64,000 nucleotides of DNA, from positions 2,251,454-2,315,453 of the forward strand of contig NW_002060946.1 of NCBI RefSeq assembly GCF_000150275.1, in the 5' to 3' direction. Numbering within the stretch: the stretch's first letter is position 1; each line of letters begins with the position of its first letter. Both the position numbers and the translations under genes were made by a program. This DNA is from Trichoplax adhaerens (lineage: Eukaryota; Animalia; Placozoa). The notes beneath the pieces were generated by a model. That model worked only from the letters and a program-made list of their open reading frames with translations. It ran no database searches and was not told the DNA's origin. This document shows positions 13,611 to 27,100 of this stretch, one piece after another.

Positions 13611-16386
13611 CACGAAATTTGGATAAACTAGCTTTAATATCTTGGCCGCTTTAACATAAAATTGCAATTAACATAGCAAATTCAGTAAAATGTCTATTTG
13701 ATAGTCTGGCTCCGCTAAAAGTTGATTAAAAAATGATGCTAACTTTATTGGTCATCATCTATTCAATGAAGCAACCTTTAAGGTGGTATTTTAATTTTTG
13801 ATTTTATTCTATCTATTGATAGCGTTGATGACAAAAGCTTTTGTGGTATCAAGATGAAATAGAAATTTTTATTTGTAATAGAATTTCTAGAGTCTATTGA
13901 AATCGATTCATTTTATGGCAATGCTATCATTGCTGCAGTAAATCTAGTAAATCCTTTATTGATTTAGGATGGAAAGAATTTTATTATCATGTCATTATGA
14001 CATCGTCGATGGATTATTAAAATTCTCCAACCTGCTTACTATTGTTATTAAAGCAGCTGGAGCAGTGTAGGCTTAAATGCTAAATTAAAGACAATTCGAA
14101 CTACAAAAGCGGAATAAGGATAGAAAAAAATGACATTACAATATTACTTAGTTTTGTCGCTAATTTTTTTACTTCACTGCTTATATATCTTGCATGTACA
14201 ATCAATATTATGAAATTAACTTATCCTTGTTAGGGGCCTCCTTCTCAGCCTATCAACTCTATCGACCCTTTGCTATAGATTGATACAATAGTTGACGTTT
14301 AATATTAAGTCAACCATGAACGAATTATGGATTAATGTCTACGTATTATTATAGAGTATTTTGTAATAAATTATTAATGATTGATTCTAACAATCAATGG
14401 GCAGTATCTTCAAATAATGGATGTTTTTTCAGTAATTATTTACGGGTAAAAGCAAATAATCCAAAAAATACATCAGTTTTATGATGGTGTTAACTTTATT
14501 TAATTGGGTATTATTTAAGGTGTTTCATTTAATGAATCAATCTTATTAAATTTACAAATAATAAAGTCCACATGGATCTTTCACTCTATTCTAAGTAATT
14601 TTAAGTGGATAAAATTGTAATACGGCAATAGAAAGGTTCTCGGCAACCGTATAACTCACGATAGAATAATCAGCAGATAAGCATAGAACAGAAAAAGTAG
14701 ATGTCAATCTGACTTATTGATATTCTGTATATAGATGTCTATTGCTCTATCGCCGCCTTTACTATCGTAATAGTGCAGACGGATTGAATACCATGGAAGT
14801 ATTTGTTAACTTGATAAAATTACAAGTTAAAAGCCCAGGCTTAGTCATCTTCTTTTACTATCTTGCCTGTAAAATAAAGATATTTTAATTTGTTGTCTAT
14901 ATTGATTTTATCAATTCAGCACTATGCACGTAGGCATATATCATCAAATATGAGTATATCTAAGGATTCGCATTATTAAGTATTAGTTAAGATAAAAGTT
15001 AAAGTATCCATTATAATCTATGATTTCAATTTGATTTCGCTTTAATATAATTGATGTTTACTATATTACAGTACGGTACCATTACGTAAATATATACATG
15101 CTATGGGTACATAATAAAAGTAGTTATTTTATTCTTCTACTTCTTGTTATCATGCTGACAAATGCGAATTCAAAAATTTTGAAGTCTGATTTATCTTTTT
15201 TTCGCTTACGAAACCCAGATACTGAGTTATTAGGGTAAAATACAACGTTAATGTAAAGCATGTAAACATACCTTTCCTTATCAGTTTTATATATGTAACT
15301 TTAATTAATATATCGGATAACTTTATAAGTATTTTCTTATGCGTACGGTTGATTAATGTCGCACTATTGAAAATATGTAATTACAAGCAAGCAAAAATTT
15401 ATTTTTAAGAAAAGAATATTGTAGTAATGAATTTAAATGCTGTTGTATAGCCTAGAAGTGAATTGTAGAATATCAAACATTCATAATAAATCGATAAACG
15501 AGCCAGACTTATCACTCTTAGATACCTTTATTGCCGTATTGCTTTATCAGATAATCTAGTCACATATCCTCAAGACTATTCTATACAAATTGAATTATCA
15601 ACGCAATAAGCATATTAATATTAATCATGAAATTATAGAGATTGCTAAGTAGATCATTAAAATAAGTTTTCAATAAATTGCTTCAACTTAGCTTGTTTAC
15701 AGGTAACATTGAGATATTTGCTTATCGTTTATGACCTTTAGCAGTAAATTAGGTTATTATGATAAATATTTGTCACCAGTACTCATCTAATTGTTTCTAT
15801 ACCAATCTATCTACTTTAAATATTTGAGAAACCTTCTTACCTAGCTGCAACTGACCGATTCATTAAAAGCTACCATATGCTTGTATTATCTTCTTATCTG
15901 ACTACAGTTTCATAAAAGACATTAATTCAGGCTAAATTTTATTTAATTAAATATCGAATGGTGTATATTATATAATGTATATGGTATTATCTATTTCATT
16001 AATATATCATTAGCTATTAATAAATAATATGAAAGATATAAAATTCTGCTAAATTAATTATTCGCTACTTTTTTCAGGTTATTATCTTCAACGTAGCATC
16101 AATAATATGCAAAATATAACTAAGGGGAAATTTTTATCTGTCCTTTCTTCTGCATTACCATAATAATCATGTTATCGTATTTAAGTATTGCTATGAAGAT
16201 TACCGTTATAAATAGCTATACGGAAAAAGATTGATTACAAGTAAACTTATCTTTTCAGAGATCCTATAATATACCAGCACAATTACGGTTCGATTGGTCT
16301 ATGATGTCTGTGAAGCAATAGCTGCTAAGTATACTGGAACTACATGTTCAATGAAACGCTAACTTGGAAGAATTGAACGAAGATTA

Positions 16387-16917
16387 TATCACGGTGCTAT
16401 ATCGCTGTAGAGTAGTTAGCAATATTTAGTGGTATGGCTTCATCTAGATTATGAGATAGTTTATAATTTATGCGTCTTGTGCTGTAATATAGATAATCGT
16501 GACTAATTAACCTTGAATTGTATGTCATGTCTTGATGATTCTGTGAATGGACATATAGTAATTTAGCTGTCTTGTATTAGCTATTCGATATCGATGTTCT
16601 TTAGTATCATCGCATAAATTAGGCATTTAGATATAAATTGGATATCTGATGTCATGGGCGCTTTTGATACTAATTATAATTTCTAGCTACTGTAAAAAGA
16701 TATACGTATGCGTATAAACCTAGCATGTTATGTAATAGAGTTATTTCTTAAGTTCAGTGTTTAACATAAACTTAAAGGTGTACAAATCGCTAAAGATCTG
16801 TAGAATTTAGGGATAGGTATTTCTTAGATAAATTTTTAATTCCCCAATACGTGGTTTAAAGAGACGATTTGCAGATTTAGCATTTTCGCTATCATGCCAC
16901 AGAGCTGGTTCGGGATA
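16387..16917 (+). mobile_element. Diverged solo LTR related to family A and the 23080 element
   Basis: Shares the tgtgaatggacatat, gtgtttaacataaa and 3' gagctggtt motifs. Decayed ends TATCAC...GGGATA. TSD GATTA/GATTT (4 of 5). Confidence 0.7.
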
Positions 16918-18768
16918 GATTTAACATACATGTGAATGAGTCATTTTTATTTATTTAGAATACTGAAGTATTTCTCTACTTATAGTAGCAAGCTTTCATC
17001 ATTGCACAGTAGATTCAAGATAGGAGTTACTACCTCACGACCAACTTCATTTATTGATACATAAATACAAGATCTCTATAGTATTGACATATCGGTATTT
17101 ATTTATACGAGCGTGGTTGTGTCAAACAATATCGTATATTAAGCTACAGACTAAGTCAGCGGAACATATCTGACTCTAGCAACATTATTAGAATTACGGT
17201 ATCCATTCTTTAATCAGCTATCAGTATCTTTAGTATCACAAAATAAAATGATAGCGAACAAATTAAAATTTATCATTTCCATCAGTATTATCATACTGCT
17301 TCATCGGGAGTCTAAAGTAATTAAGAGGTAAGAATCAAGCCACGATTTTTATATTCATTCCCTGAAAATACTTTGATAACATTATTATAGATCAATCCGC
17401 GTATCAGGCAACGCACTATTCCACATACGTTGAATGTTAATAACATTAGCCAATCTGTACCATATTTGATACGCTATCAATGCCGATAATAAAATATTAA
17501 ATACAGAATTTGCATTTAAAATAAAAATTAGAAAGTTTGCCTGTCGGTTTTGGCAATATCATCACAAATAGTATACTTTTTTTATGTAACCACATACTAG
17601 TGTTAGCTATTGCATCATAGATAGCTAATTACAGTTTGATATGAAATATTTATTAGCAAAGTTATAGCGACAGATATAGATTCTCTATTAGGAGATTTAG
17701 AGTACTGGTATCTGTGTCTTTATTCTTATAGAGTATATTTAGTGAGGTAAATTATTCTATGCGGCAAGGTTAAGATAAAGCGTTTATTGCAGCACGCAAT
17801 AGACAAGATCCCTTCTGTATATTTATTTTCATATCGATATATTTAGTGAGATAAATTATTCTAATATGACAAGGTTAGAATGGTATGTTTATTACAGCAA
17901 GCAATGGACAAAAACTCCTTCAATAAGCTATCAAGTGTCTTCAAAATATTCTAGCAAGAATTTCTATTCCTTAAAAAACTGCAATATATTGTATAAATTT
18001 GATTCATCTGACAATATAAAAACTATCTACCTTCAATCAATCATCTATCAATAATTTGTATTCAAATTAGCAACAACAAGATTTATTTTAGCAACACAAT
18101 GATATCTTGCCAATTAATTAGCAAGATCAGGATAAATTTACTATCGCAAATCCATGATTAGCCGTCATTTCTAATTAAATTAAAGCACAGCAAGGCTTTC
18201 AGTCTCACTAGAAAACTCTTAATCCACTTTATTTATAAGTGATATCACAGATTAATAAGGCTTAGGTGCTTAAAAATGGTTTAGCTGTCCGTACCACCTC
18301 ATTTTCAACAAATAAAGAAACTCCACTTGTACAGATTAAAGTAAAGTCTAAACCTTTAAATTTATGGCGCCGTTATTAAACTATTCGACCCCTAAAGATG
18401 TATTAGCAAGTATAGACTAGGTTATTGTACCAGAATATTGCGTCTAAACTTAAAAATATTTACTCCCAATTTCTGATATCATTCAGGGTGATTACACTCC
18501 GGTATGTTAACTAGTTTGCTATTTATATCTACCTATTCCTAAAGCTTATGTATCATAAACCGTAATCCGCTAAGGTTACAGTTAAGGAAATCTTAAACAT
18601 TCCTCACACTGAAGTATATATCAAACGTAGCATCGAAACAAAATATGGAAATGATCCATAATATATATCATATACATTACTTAATTTACTTTAATGAAGA
18701 ATATCTCAACTATTTTGACTTCTATGACAAATTCCATACAAGTATACAACGATTGGCATCTGATACGT

Positions 18769-19218
18769 TGTAGTGATTGGGTTTTACAACCCCTTAGGTT
18801 CGCAATCGTCTAACTCAAAATATGAGTTACTGAAATTGATCAAACCTCTAACGTGACACAAGATCAGACAAATGCTGTGTTTAACCTAAAAAGTATCCGT
18901 TTATTAATACAACGAGAAAAGCAACCACTTTTCTTCCCTCATAATAACAGTCGAAAATGGCTAAGATAAACCCGATAATCGACTACGCTTCCACAATAAT
19001 AATTCCATGTTATCTAACAGTTATATTAAGGCATTACACAAAAACATCAGCTTATAAAGCCGACTACTGCGGCCTTCTATACACACATAGTACGAATAGT
19101 ATAAGTACGCGGTTTCATCATCAGTAATCATGAAATTACCTTATAAGTATAGTAAATTCTTCTACTTTTTAATGCTACCGTACTTCAGTTACTACTGTAA
19201 TTAGCTGAAACTACTACA
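18769..19218 (-). mobile_element. Solo LTR-like element (450 bp)
   Basis: TGTAGT...ACTACA inverted termini and perfect 5-bp TSD TACGT. Orientation is inferred from a minus-strand AATAAA near 18901. Confidence 0.75.
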
Positions 19219-19933
19219 TACGTAATGTAACGTTTCCTATAGTTAATTGACCTCAACTTTTACCAAGTACTACCCTTAACGCACTATCAATATTCATCGG
19301 ATTTTGATCACTAATATTTGAGTTCAGCATTTATATTTATTTACGTAGCAGTTAAAGTGAAATGATAACTGACGTCCATAAATCCTATGTTTAATCTCAT
19401 TAGTAAGGGCAAATAGGCAATTAGGAAGTAAAAGTAGCATTTTATAGTCAAAAATACTTCGTTTACCAATCGCAATAATATCTCATAATGACTATGTTGG
19501 TAATTCAGTATACCAAGTATCCATTTATGTTAAATTATTCTTGAATTAGTAAAACAATCCACGTAAAAGGTGCTGTACTAACTATGAGCGATTTTAATTA
19601 TGAAGATAAAATAGTTATTTACATCGATTTTCAAGGTTGCAGCATTCTCAGTAAGGTCTAAACAAAATTAAATTATACAATATTGTACTGTTACTCTTAG
19701 TACTAGTAATGAATTAAATCTCTAATTCTATTGCTACATTACACAGCCTATCTTGCATAGTCTATTGGTAGTATTCTTTTAGCACAAGTGTAACATTGCT
19801 ATTATGTTAACTTAATCAAAATCAAATTATTTAAGAATGCAGACTGACCACAACAGTATGATATAGAGGATTTATTCATGCAATATTCATGTTTTCATAC
19901 TATTGATTTTCTAGAAAGTGATCTCTATCCAAG

Positions 19934-21124
19934 TGTGATATATACCGATCACGAAATTCCAAATTTTAGAAAAATAAGGGCTTTATTGAATCTTATACAA
20001 AGAATAACTACACACAGCTCTACTCTAGCCGAATACTACTACTAAAGACTTCTAGAACGAAGTAACAGAATAATCTAAAGTTGCATGCTTTTATACTTTT
20101 CGTAGCATTCGCAGCTACAATCCGCATGGCAACCTTTTACCTTCTTTTACACATAGTTAAATTATTCTTAGTAAGACTATTCTACTGCGGACCATCATTA
20201 ATCCCATATGGATACTACTACAGTATTTATGTAGATATTTATTCACACCAGCCAAAGCACAATGAATTAACGATATCCTAATATATAATTTACAGTTCTA
20301 TTTTTACCTATAACCTTGTTAGTAACTCAACACCTTACTGTATATAGTCATCTGTACTCTAGCATAGAGTCTATACCACTACAGTCTATAGTTATGGCTA
20401 CCAAATATCTCTTAGGATAAATATCTACCTGTCACAAAACAGCTTTGCAACAAGATAAGGCAATATACGATCAATAAGTCAATTCCTTGAACCACGTATC
20501 AAGGAACGATATCTGCACTATCACAAACACTTTTGCTCTACTAGCAGACTACACAAAGACTTAAACGCCTCGTATTTTACGTTAAACACTAAGTTGGACA
20601 ATTCTTCTTTATTTCACGATATACTGCATTTATATACTATTCCTCAATAGTTCATGAGTCATAGTTAATACAATTAACATTAGAATCATTTACTGAATTA
20701 GATATTAATTTTAGCTACTGCTCCCTTAATGCAGACAACAGTATTTACGAACATAGACATGTAATGACTAATACAGAATAGTCAGATTACGATATGTCCT
20801 ATCACGGAACATTTCCATGATAATTTACAGTCTACCATAAGTAAATTACAATCACAATGATTCGAACTGTAAGCAGATGATTTGCATTTCCTATTATAAC
20901 TATTATAATTTCAGTATGTGTATAAGTGTCACTGTCATAAAAAGTCAGTGCTATATTAAAATACAGTATATCCAAATTAGAAGTTAACTAAATAAGGATA
21001 GTCTAACAGAATTATCCTAACATAGTTATTTCTACTGTAATACAGTATTTAACACTGTAACACTACCGTACATTATACTAAATATGACTAACAGTTTACA
21101 ATCACAATGCTAAGTTACATCACA
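19934..21124 (-). mobile_element. Solo LTR, family B (about 550 bp net), interrupted by a family A LTR
   Basis: Reverse-complement match over the full length to 31576-31777 plus 33171-33519. TGTGAT...ATCACA ends. Flanks CCAAG/ATATC do not form a TSD. Confidence 0.85.
20430..21062 (-). mobile_element. Solo LTR, family A, nested in the family B LTR
   Basis: Reverse complement of 11730-12359. Perfect TSD CTACC. The empty site (single GGTAG) is visible at about 31632. Confidence 0.92.
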
Positions 21125-21162
21125 ATATCCTTTAAGATTTAGTTATCTGGTTCTGATCGAAT

Positions 21163-24100
21163 TTATGAATGATTGCATTGATATCGATGTTTTAAATCAT
21201 TGACTACATCTTGTAACGTGACGAGCTCTTGACGCAATTTATGGTAAGTTTTGTATTTCTAGAGGAATATCGGTAAAACTATATCAATATACAGTATTGT
21301 TGATAATTTTTAATCCGCTAATTTAAAATTAGATTTACATTAGCATTATATTTGAAACTGGATTAGTTATTGTTGGAATAAGATCTATGTAGATTAGATG
21401 TAAACAAGAAGTTCCGTTTTTTATAAATTTATCCAAGTTGAACTTACTTGCTGAAGCATTGTTTGAAGCTTAGAAAGATCACTTAATTGTAGATATCTCC
21501 CAAACCTATTTCCTTCCCTTTTTATATCATATCGTCCGCTTGTAGTTGAACTAGTCATGATATGAGATGATGGCTCTATAAAACTTTTGGCGTCTTTCCA
21601 TACTAACACCTATTGTAAAGATAAGTGCAAATATAATATTTTGTGTTATGAATCGCTTTTAAAATCAGATAAATTATTATTAGCAAAAATGTAAAATCAT
21701 TACCTTACAAGAATACTAAATAAGTTAATAGCGATTTCAATACAAGTAAAATTACTAGCAAATGATAAAATCATAACATTAATGGAATACGTTTTATCTC
21801 TTTAGGAATTTTTGTTCTATTTGCTGTATTACTAAAATAATATTTAGCTTTATGAATCGTTTCAAATATAAGATAGATTATAATTATTATTAGCAAAACG
21901 CAAAACGATTACTTTGAAGAATATTGAATAAGTTTAATGCATTTAAAATTGCTGGGAAATGATATCATAACCTTAATGGAACGATATATTTTTTATTTAT
22001 TTTGTCTGTATATGCGATAGGTATGCTAACCTTAGGGAGAAAGACCATAATCATAGTAACTGTTGTACAAACGATAATACAGCCGCTTCTAAGGCAATAG
22101 TTTAATGTTTCTTGATTGCCCACGGCAATCGATGATAACACACCCAGGAGACAAAATACTGATACATTATAAATAGAAAATCCAATAAACTTGGCGTCAT
22201 TCAGCACTTTCATATTAACTCGTCTTGTTTCAAAAGCCAGAAAACTACCAAATATTAAGAGTAAAAATTTATATCCACAAACGATACCCAACCATACTGG
22301 AAAATACCGACATGTACAATAGTGTAGATCAGTCTGTATCCTTATGTCAGGATCATTTGGATCATCCTAGGGTATAAAAAGATATATCCAATAATGATCA
22401 GAAGACATGAAATTGTAATAGAGACAACAAACTATTTTCTATCAACATCTCTCAACTGATCAATTAAGAAGGTTTCTATGTATAAGGAATTATCGTGATG
22501 AAATAAAAAGTAGTGCATCACGCTAGCGATTAAAAGGCTAATCGATATTGATCAGAAAACATGAAATTAGAATCGAGATAATGAACTATTTTCTATCAAC
22601 ATCTCTTAATGATCAATTAAGAAAATTTCTGTATATGGAATTGTCGTTACGAAATTAAAAGTAATGAATCATGCTAGCATTTAAAAAGACATATCCAATA
22701 TTGATCAGAGGATACGAAATTATAATAGAGGCAGCGGACTACTTTTATCAACACTTCTCAATTGATCAATTAAGGAAAATTTTCGTCTATAAGGAATTGC
22801 CGTTACGAAATAAAAAACTGGTGCAGTTTTGGACGGCCAAAGTAAATATGCATACCGGTAGTATACTCATAGAAGGGAAGAAGACTTATTTAAAATAACT
22901 ACGGAGATTACTCCCAGATCTTACAAGAGTAAAAATAAAATCAAAGAATAATCGAACAAACTTAGTCTAATTTTCGATTTGCTGATCAACCTGAAATGGA
23001 CAAAATTGCATTGATTGCTGTATCTAGCTAAATTACTCCACAGTTAGCTTCATGCCATAGGATGAAAATGATGTAGTATTGTCACGGTACGAACTACCGT
23101 GAAGAAATAGCTATCTAAATTTGGTTAATATAATATAGTGATAATATATTACAACTAGTTACTTACAATAGGAATTACTCTAATTATAAATGTGGTACAG
23201 TAAATTTAATGCTGTGCTGTAATGTGTACTGAAATGATTCTGTGAATGGACATATTGTAGTCCGACTGTGATAAATTAGTTAGTAGATGTTCTCACCTAA
23301 GTATTTTTTTATAAGATGACTCATGATTGTTAGCTGCTGCAGAAGGGTATATAAACCCGTCAGATACTTGAATAAAATAGTTCTCAATTGTCTAGTTGAG
23401 TTTAACGTAGGATCAAAGGCGTCTAAATTCTTGTGAGATAATTAAGGGATACTGAATCCCGGAGACTATAGAGATTTAGAGATTTATTTTACGTTATCCT
23501 TGTCACGAAGCTGGTTTGTGATAAGTATATTCTCCGGAATAGGCTAAACCGACCAATGGATCATGATGATTGTACACAATTATTCAATTTAACTGATCAG
23601 TTTTATATTTATGTTAAGTCAAGTTTATTGAGCTGGATATTTTATATAGTAAACTAGATCAGCTTGGCTGTTTTATAGAGTAGCTATCGAATAGTTATTT
23701 CATGAATTAACCATTAACTTATTGTAACTTTACAAAATTGCCATGGCCATTTTATAGGCAACGTAGTTTACTTTACAAAATAACCATCGATTTGGTTATT
23801 TTATAAAAAGACTGGTTAGCTTCAGAATGTTAGCAATTATTTAATGACTTTAAAAGTAGTTCAGTTCTTGGCAAATTATAGGCTCAGTAAACTTGACCTA
23901 GCATATCTACTGTTCAGCGTTGTGTAATAATTTCAGCTAATTGTAGTAATTGCTGGTGACTATTACTCTGCCATTACACGTTGATATTAATGAGTTTTCT
24001 ACGTTTGAAGTAAATCTTACGATTGTGGTTATAGTTGAAATAGTTCCTTGAAGTTCATCAACAGAAGTCCAGACGATAAATATAACAATATCTACCACTA

Positions 24101-27100
24101 ATAGATTTGCAACTGTAGTAATAAGATGCCAATCTTTAATAGCCTAAAAATATGGGGAAAAATAGAGTTTACAAATTCTTTCCTTTATATAAGAGAAATG
24201 ATAAGCGATAATGATACTGCACAGAGTATCAATACCGTTTTAAATAAGATCAAATATTTAAGCAGTATTTTAATTACAATTATTTTAGAAGTCTTATTGG
24301 CAAAGATTCGATAAACACGCCAAGTTTTAGCAAAGAGTGAACCAAAGGCTAGCGTAAATCCATAGCATAACAGCCAAATTTGCGTACCACACAAAACATT
24401 TAAGTTTTTCACTGTTATTTCGCTATGATCGGTGTTAATACTAAGGACAATTACATCCAAGTAGCATAAAATACAGCCAATTGCAAATATGGTGTTTAAA
24501 TGCGGACTGGATAACCTAATATTCCTGTAAATTTTATAGTATCATTAAACATTTAATTTAACATTAACCTGCACTAGTCTTCGTTGATATCTAACGGCAT
24601 AATTACTATCAATACAATGTACTGCATGTCTAGAATTTAATCATCATAATTATTCATATTACAGGAATTAAAAATAACAATCTTTTTCCAAGTAAATAAT
24701 ATAGATATTTTTCACTGGATATCAGTAATACTGACCTATTTTTTCGGTTTATTATATTGAACAATAAAAATCCAAGACCAAATAATATGCCTACGCCAGC
24801 TAAAATATCAAATATAATTATTGCCGTACTTGATACTGTCAATTTGGTGATGACAAGAAGTGGTGGAGATTTTATTGGTTTTCCGGCTAAAAAAAATAAA
24901 ATATTAATTTAAGAGTTGTTGAAATATGATCCAGCTATAGGGTCTTATAATATAGGATAAAATAAGGAATAAACAAAAGGTATAATTTTGGCTAAAACTT
25001 ACAGTATATAACTTTTACTTACAAAAATTCTGCATTCAGTAGTAATAGGAGAAAATTTATGACATATTGGTTAATATTTCATTTAATACCTGGCCAAGTT
25101 ATTGAATGAGAATTGGGATAGTTGGTATCGAATTGCACTCTTTCTATTCCAAAATGATAGATTCCTACGGTCACCATGGTGCCTTGGGTTATGTTTCCTA
25201 ATTCAATTTTAAATAAAATCTTGTAGTTTTAGGCAAGCATATTACTATAACTGTTATTGTTACTACATAGTATAAGATCAGTTAATTATCAACTATTGTA
25301 GGAATTGATTCTACATAGGGACAGAAATTCATAAATGTTGACTAATAAGGATATGTAACGGTGTTGCCTTTCCGTTAGGATAGTTTAATAAGTACAGTAG
25401 TAGCTAATATAGAAAATATCCATATTTGTAGTGCTAGGTAAGATAAGCGATGCCTTAACGTGAATGTCGTTTATGATTGTTCATTACATATTTGATGTTG
25501 AATATTATTGTGTGATAGATAGTAGTAAGATGATTTAAGTTCTAGTTGATGATAGCTGAATTAGACAACTCACGTGCTTAGATTAGGATTAAGTATGAGT
25601 ATGAAATTCAAAATATTAACTGATAAAAAAGCTTTGTAAGGAACATCTCAGTTCGAGATATTTCTCCTAATTATGGTATAATAATAATACTGTTGTTGTT
25701 CACAAATTAGACGGTTCCTATATAAACGGGAATATTTGAGTTGAGTGGGGTGATGAAAAGCTGTGGATGTATCTTTGCTAGTAAAAAGTTTTATCGTTAC
25801 AATATTTCGCTGTGTGTGTTTAACGTTAACTAAAAGGGCGTTTAAGTCTGTAGCTACTTGTAGACTTTTACTGTACGTTACCTTGTCGCAGAGTTGAAAC
25901 TGTGATAGGATATGAACAGAAATCGAACAATCATCACAAAAATATCTTGATGGTAATTGTATGTAATTCGATGACTGTATGATCGGTTGTATTTAGCTAA
26001 TAAGTGACTATTTAATAAAGCAATATATTGAAACATACAGTATAGTTGTCACTTAGATTATTATATGTTTCATAATTTTTAATTAAAAAAATTTTGCAAC
26101 AGAGACTATTTAGTATAATAATGTATTGACATATACGCGTACAGTATAACTGGTAATTAAATTATTATAATTAGTAAATACATTTTAATCATTTTTAATT
26201 AAATTCATGCCACAGTAAGTATTGAGTGTAATAGTATATTGATACATACAGTATAGCTATTGCTAAAATTATTATTATTGACCACAATCTTAATCATTAT
26301 GAAATAAAATTTTGCCATAGTGACTATTTGGTATAAACGATATGTTTATACGCGTACATAGAGTACAGAAGCTTCTTAGAATATTATTAGAGACCAGATT
26401 TTTAATCATTTTTAAATAAAATTTTGCAACTTAATTCTTAAAGGTGATAATAGAAACATTAGTCATTGTCACAGCGTTATACACTATTATTTCTAGATTA
26501 GAGTAGAAAATCTATGTTAGGATAATTTTGCTGATTTACCCTCGTTTAAAGAGTTTCTAACTTAGATATGTGAGGCTTAAATATAGCACTAGCTTTCATG
26601 GTGATATATATAGATATAGCCTACTGAAATTAGTAGTTTAATTAGAGAATCGAGAATAATCCCAGCTACCCTCCCTTGAAACGGGCAGCGCGGGGGTATT
26701 TATACTACTGTTAGATGACTTTGATTATGGGTTCATTTCAATAGGTCAGTATAAGATTCTTACAGTACTTTTTACCTCAAGATTTCTTCATGTAAAACGA
26801 ATAGCTCTAAGGTAGTTATTTCTGCAGAGTACTGATTATTAAAATAGTATTCGTTATATCGCTAAGGGTGGCCACTGGGCCTTTAAATTTTGATTTCATG
26901 TAATATTCTGATGAAAATTGAATAAACATAGAATCTTTATAGAGTTTCTACACAGCCATTTTGATTATTACATTTTCTTTTAACGGTTGCTATCGACAGA
27001 GCAAGCTTTGCTTGCATACTTAAGCGATCCTTAGACACATTATAATGATTGGTATAGAATTGACCACAGTACGAAGGGCATTGTACCGCACTGTAGATAT

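Noticed and set aside
20081-20281. Short ORFs inside repeats (this one, and 22671-22898, 32777-32968, 56531-56746, 4036-4239)
   Set aside because: They lie in LTRs or tandem repeats, show no recognisable protein motifs, and have no supporting splice structure.
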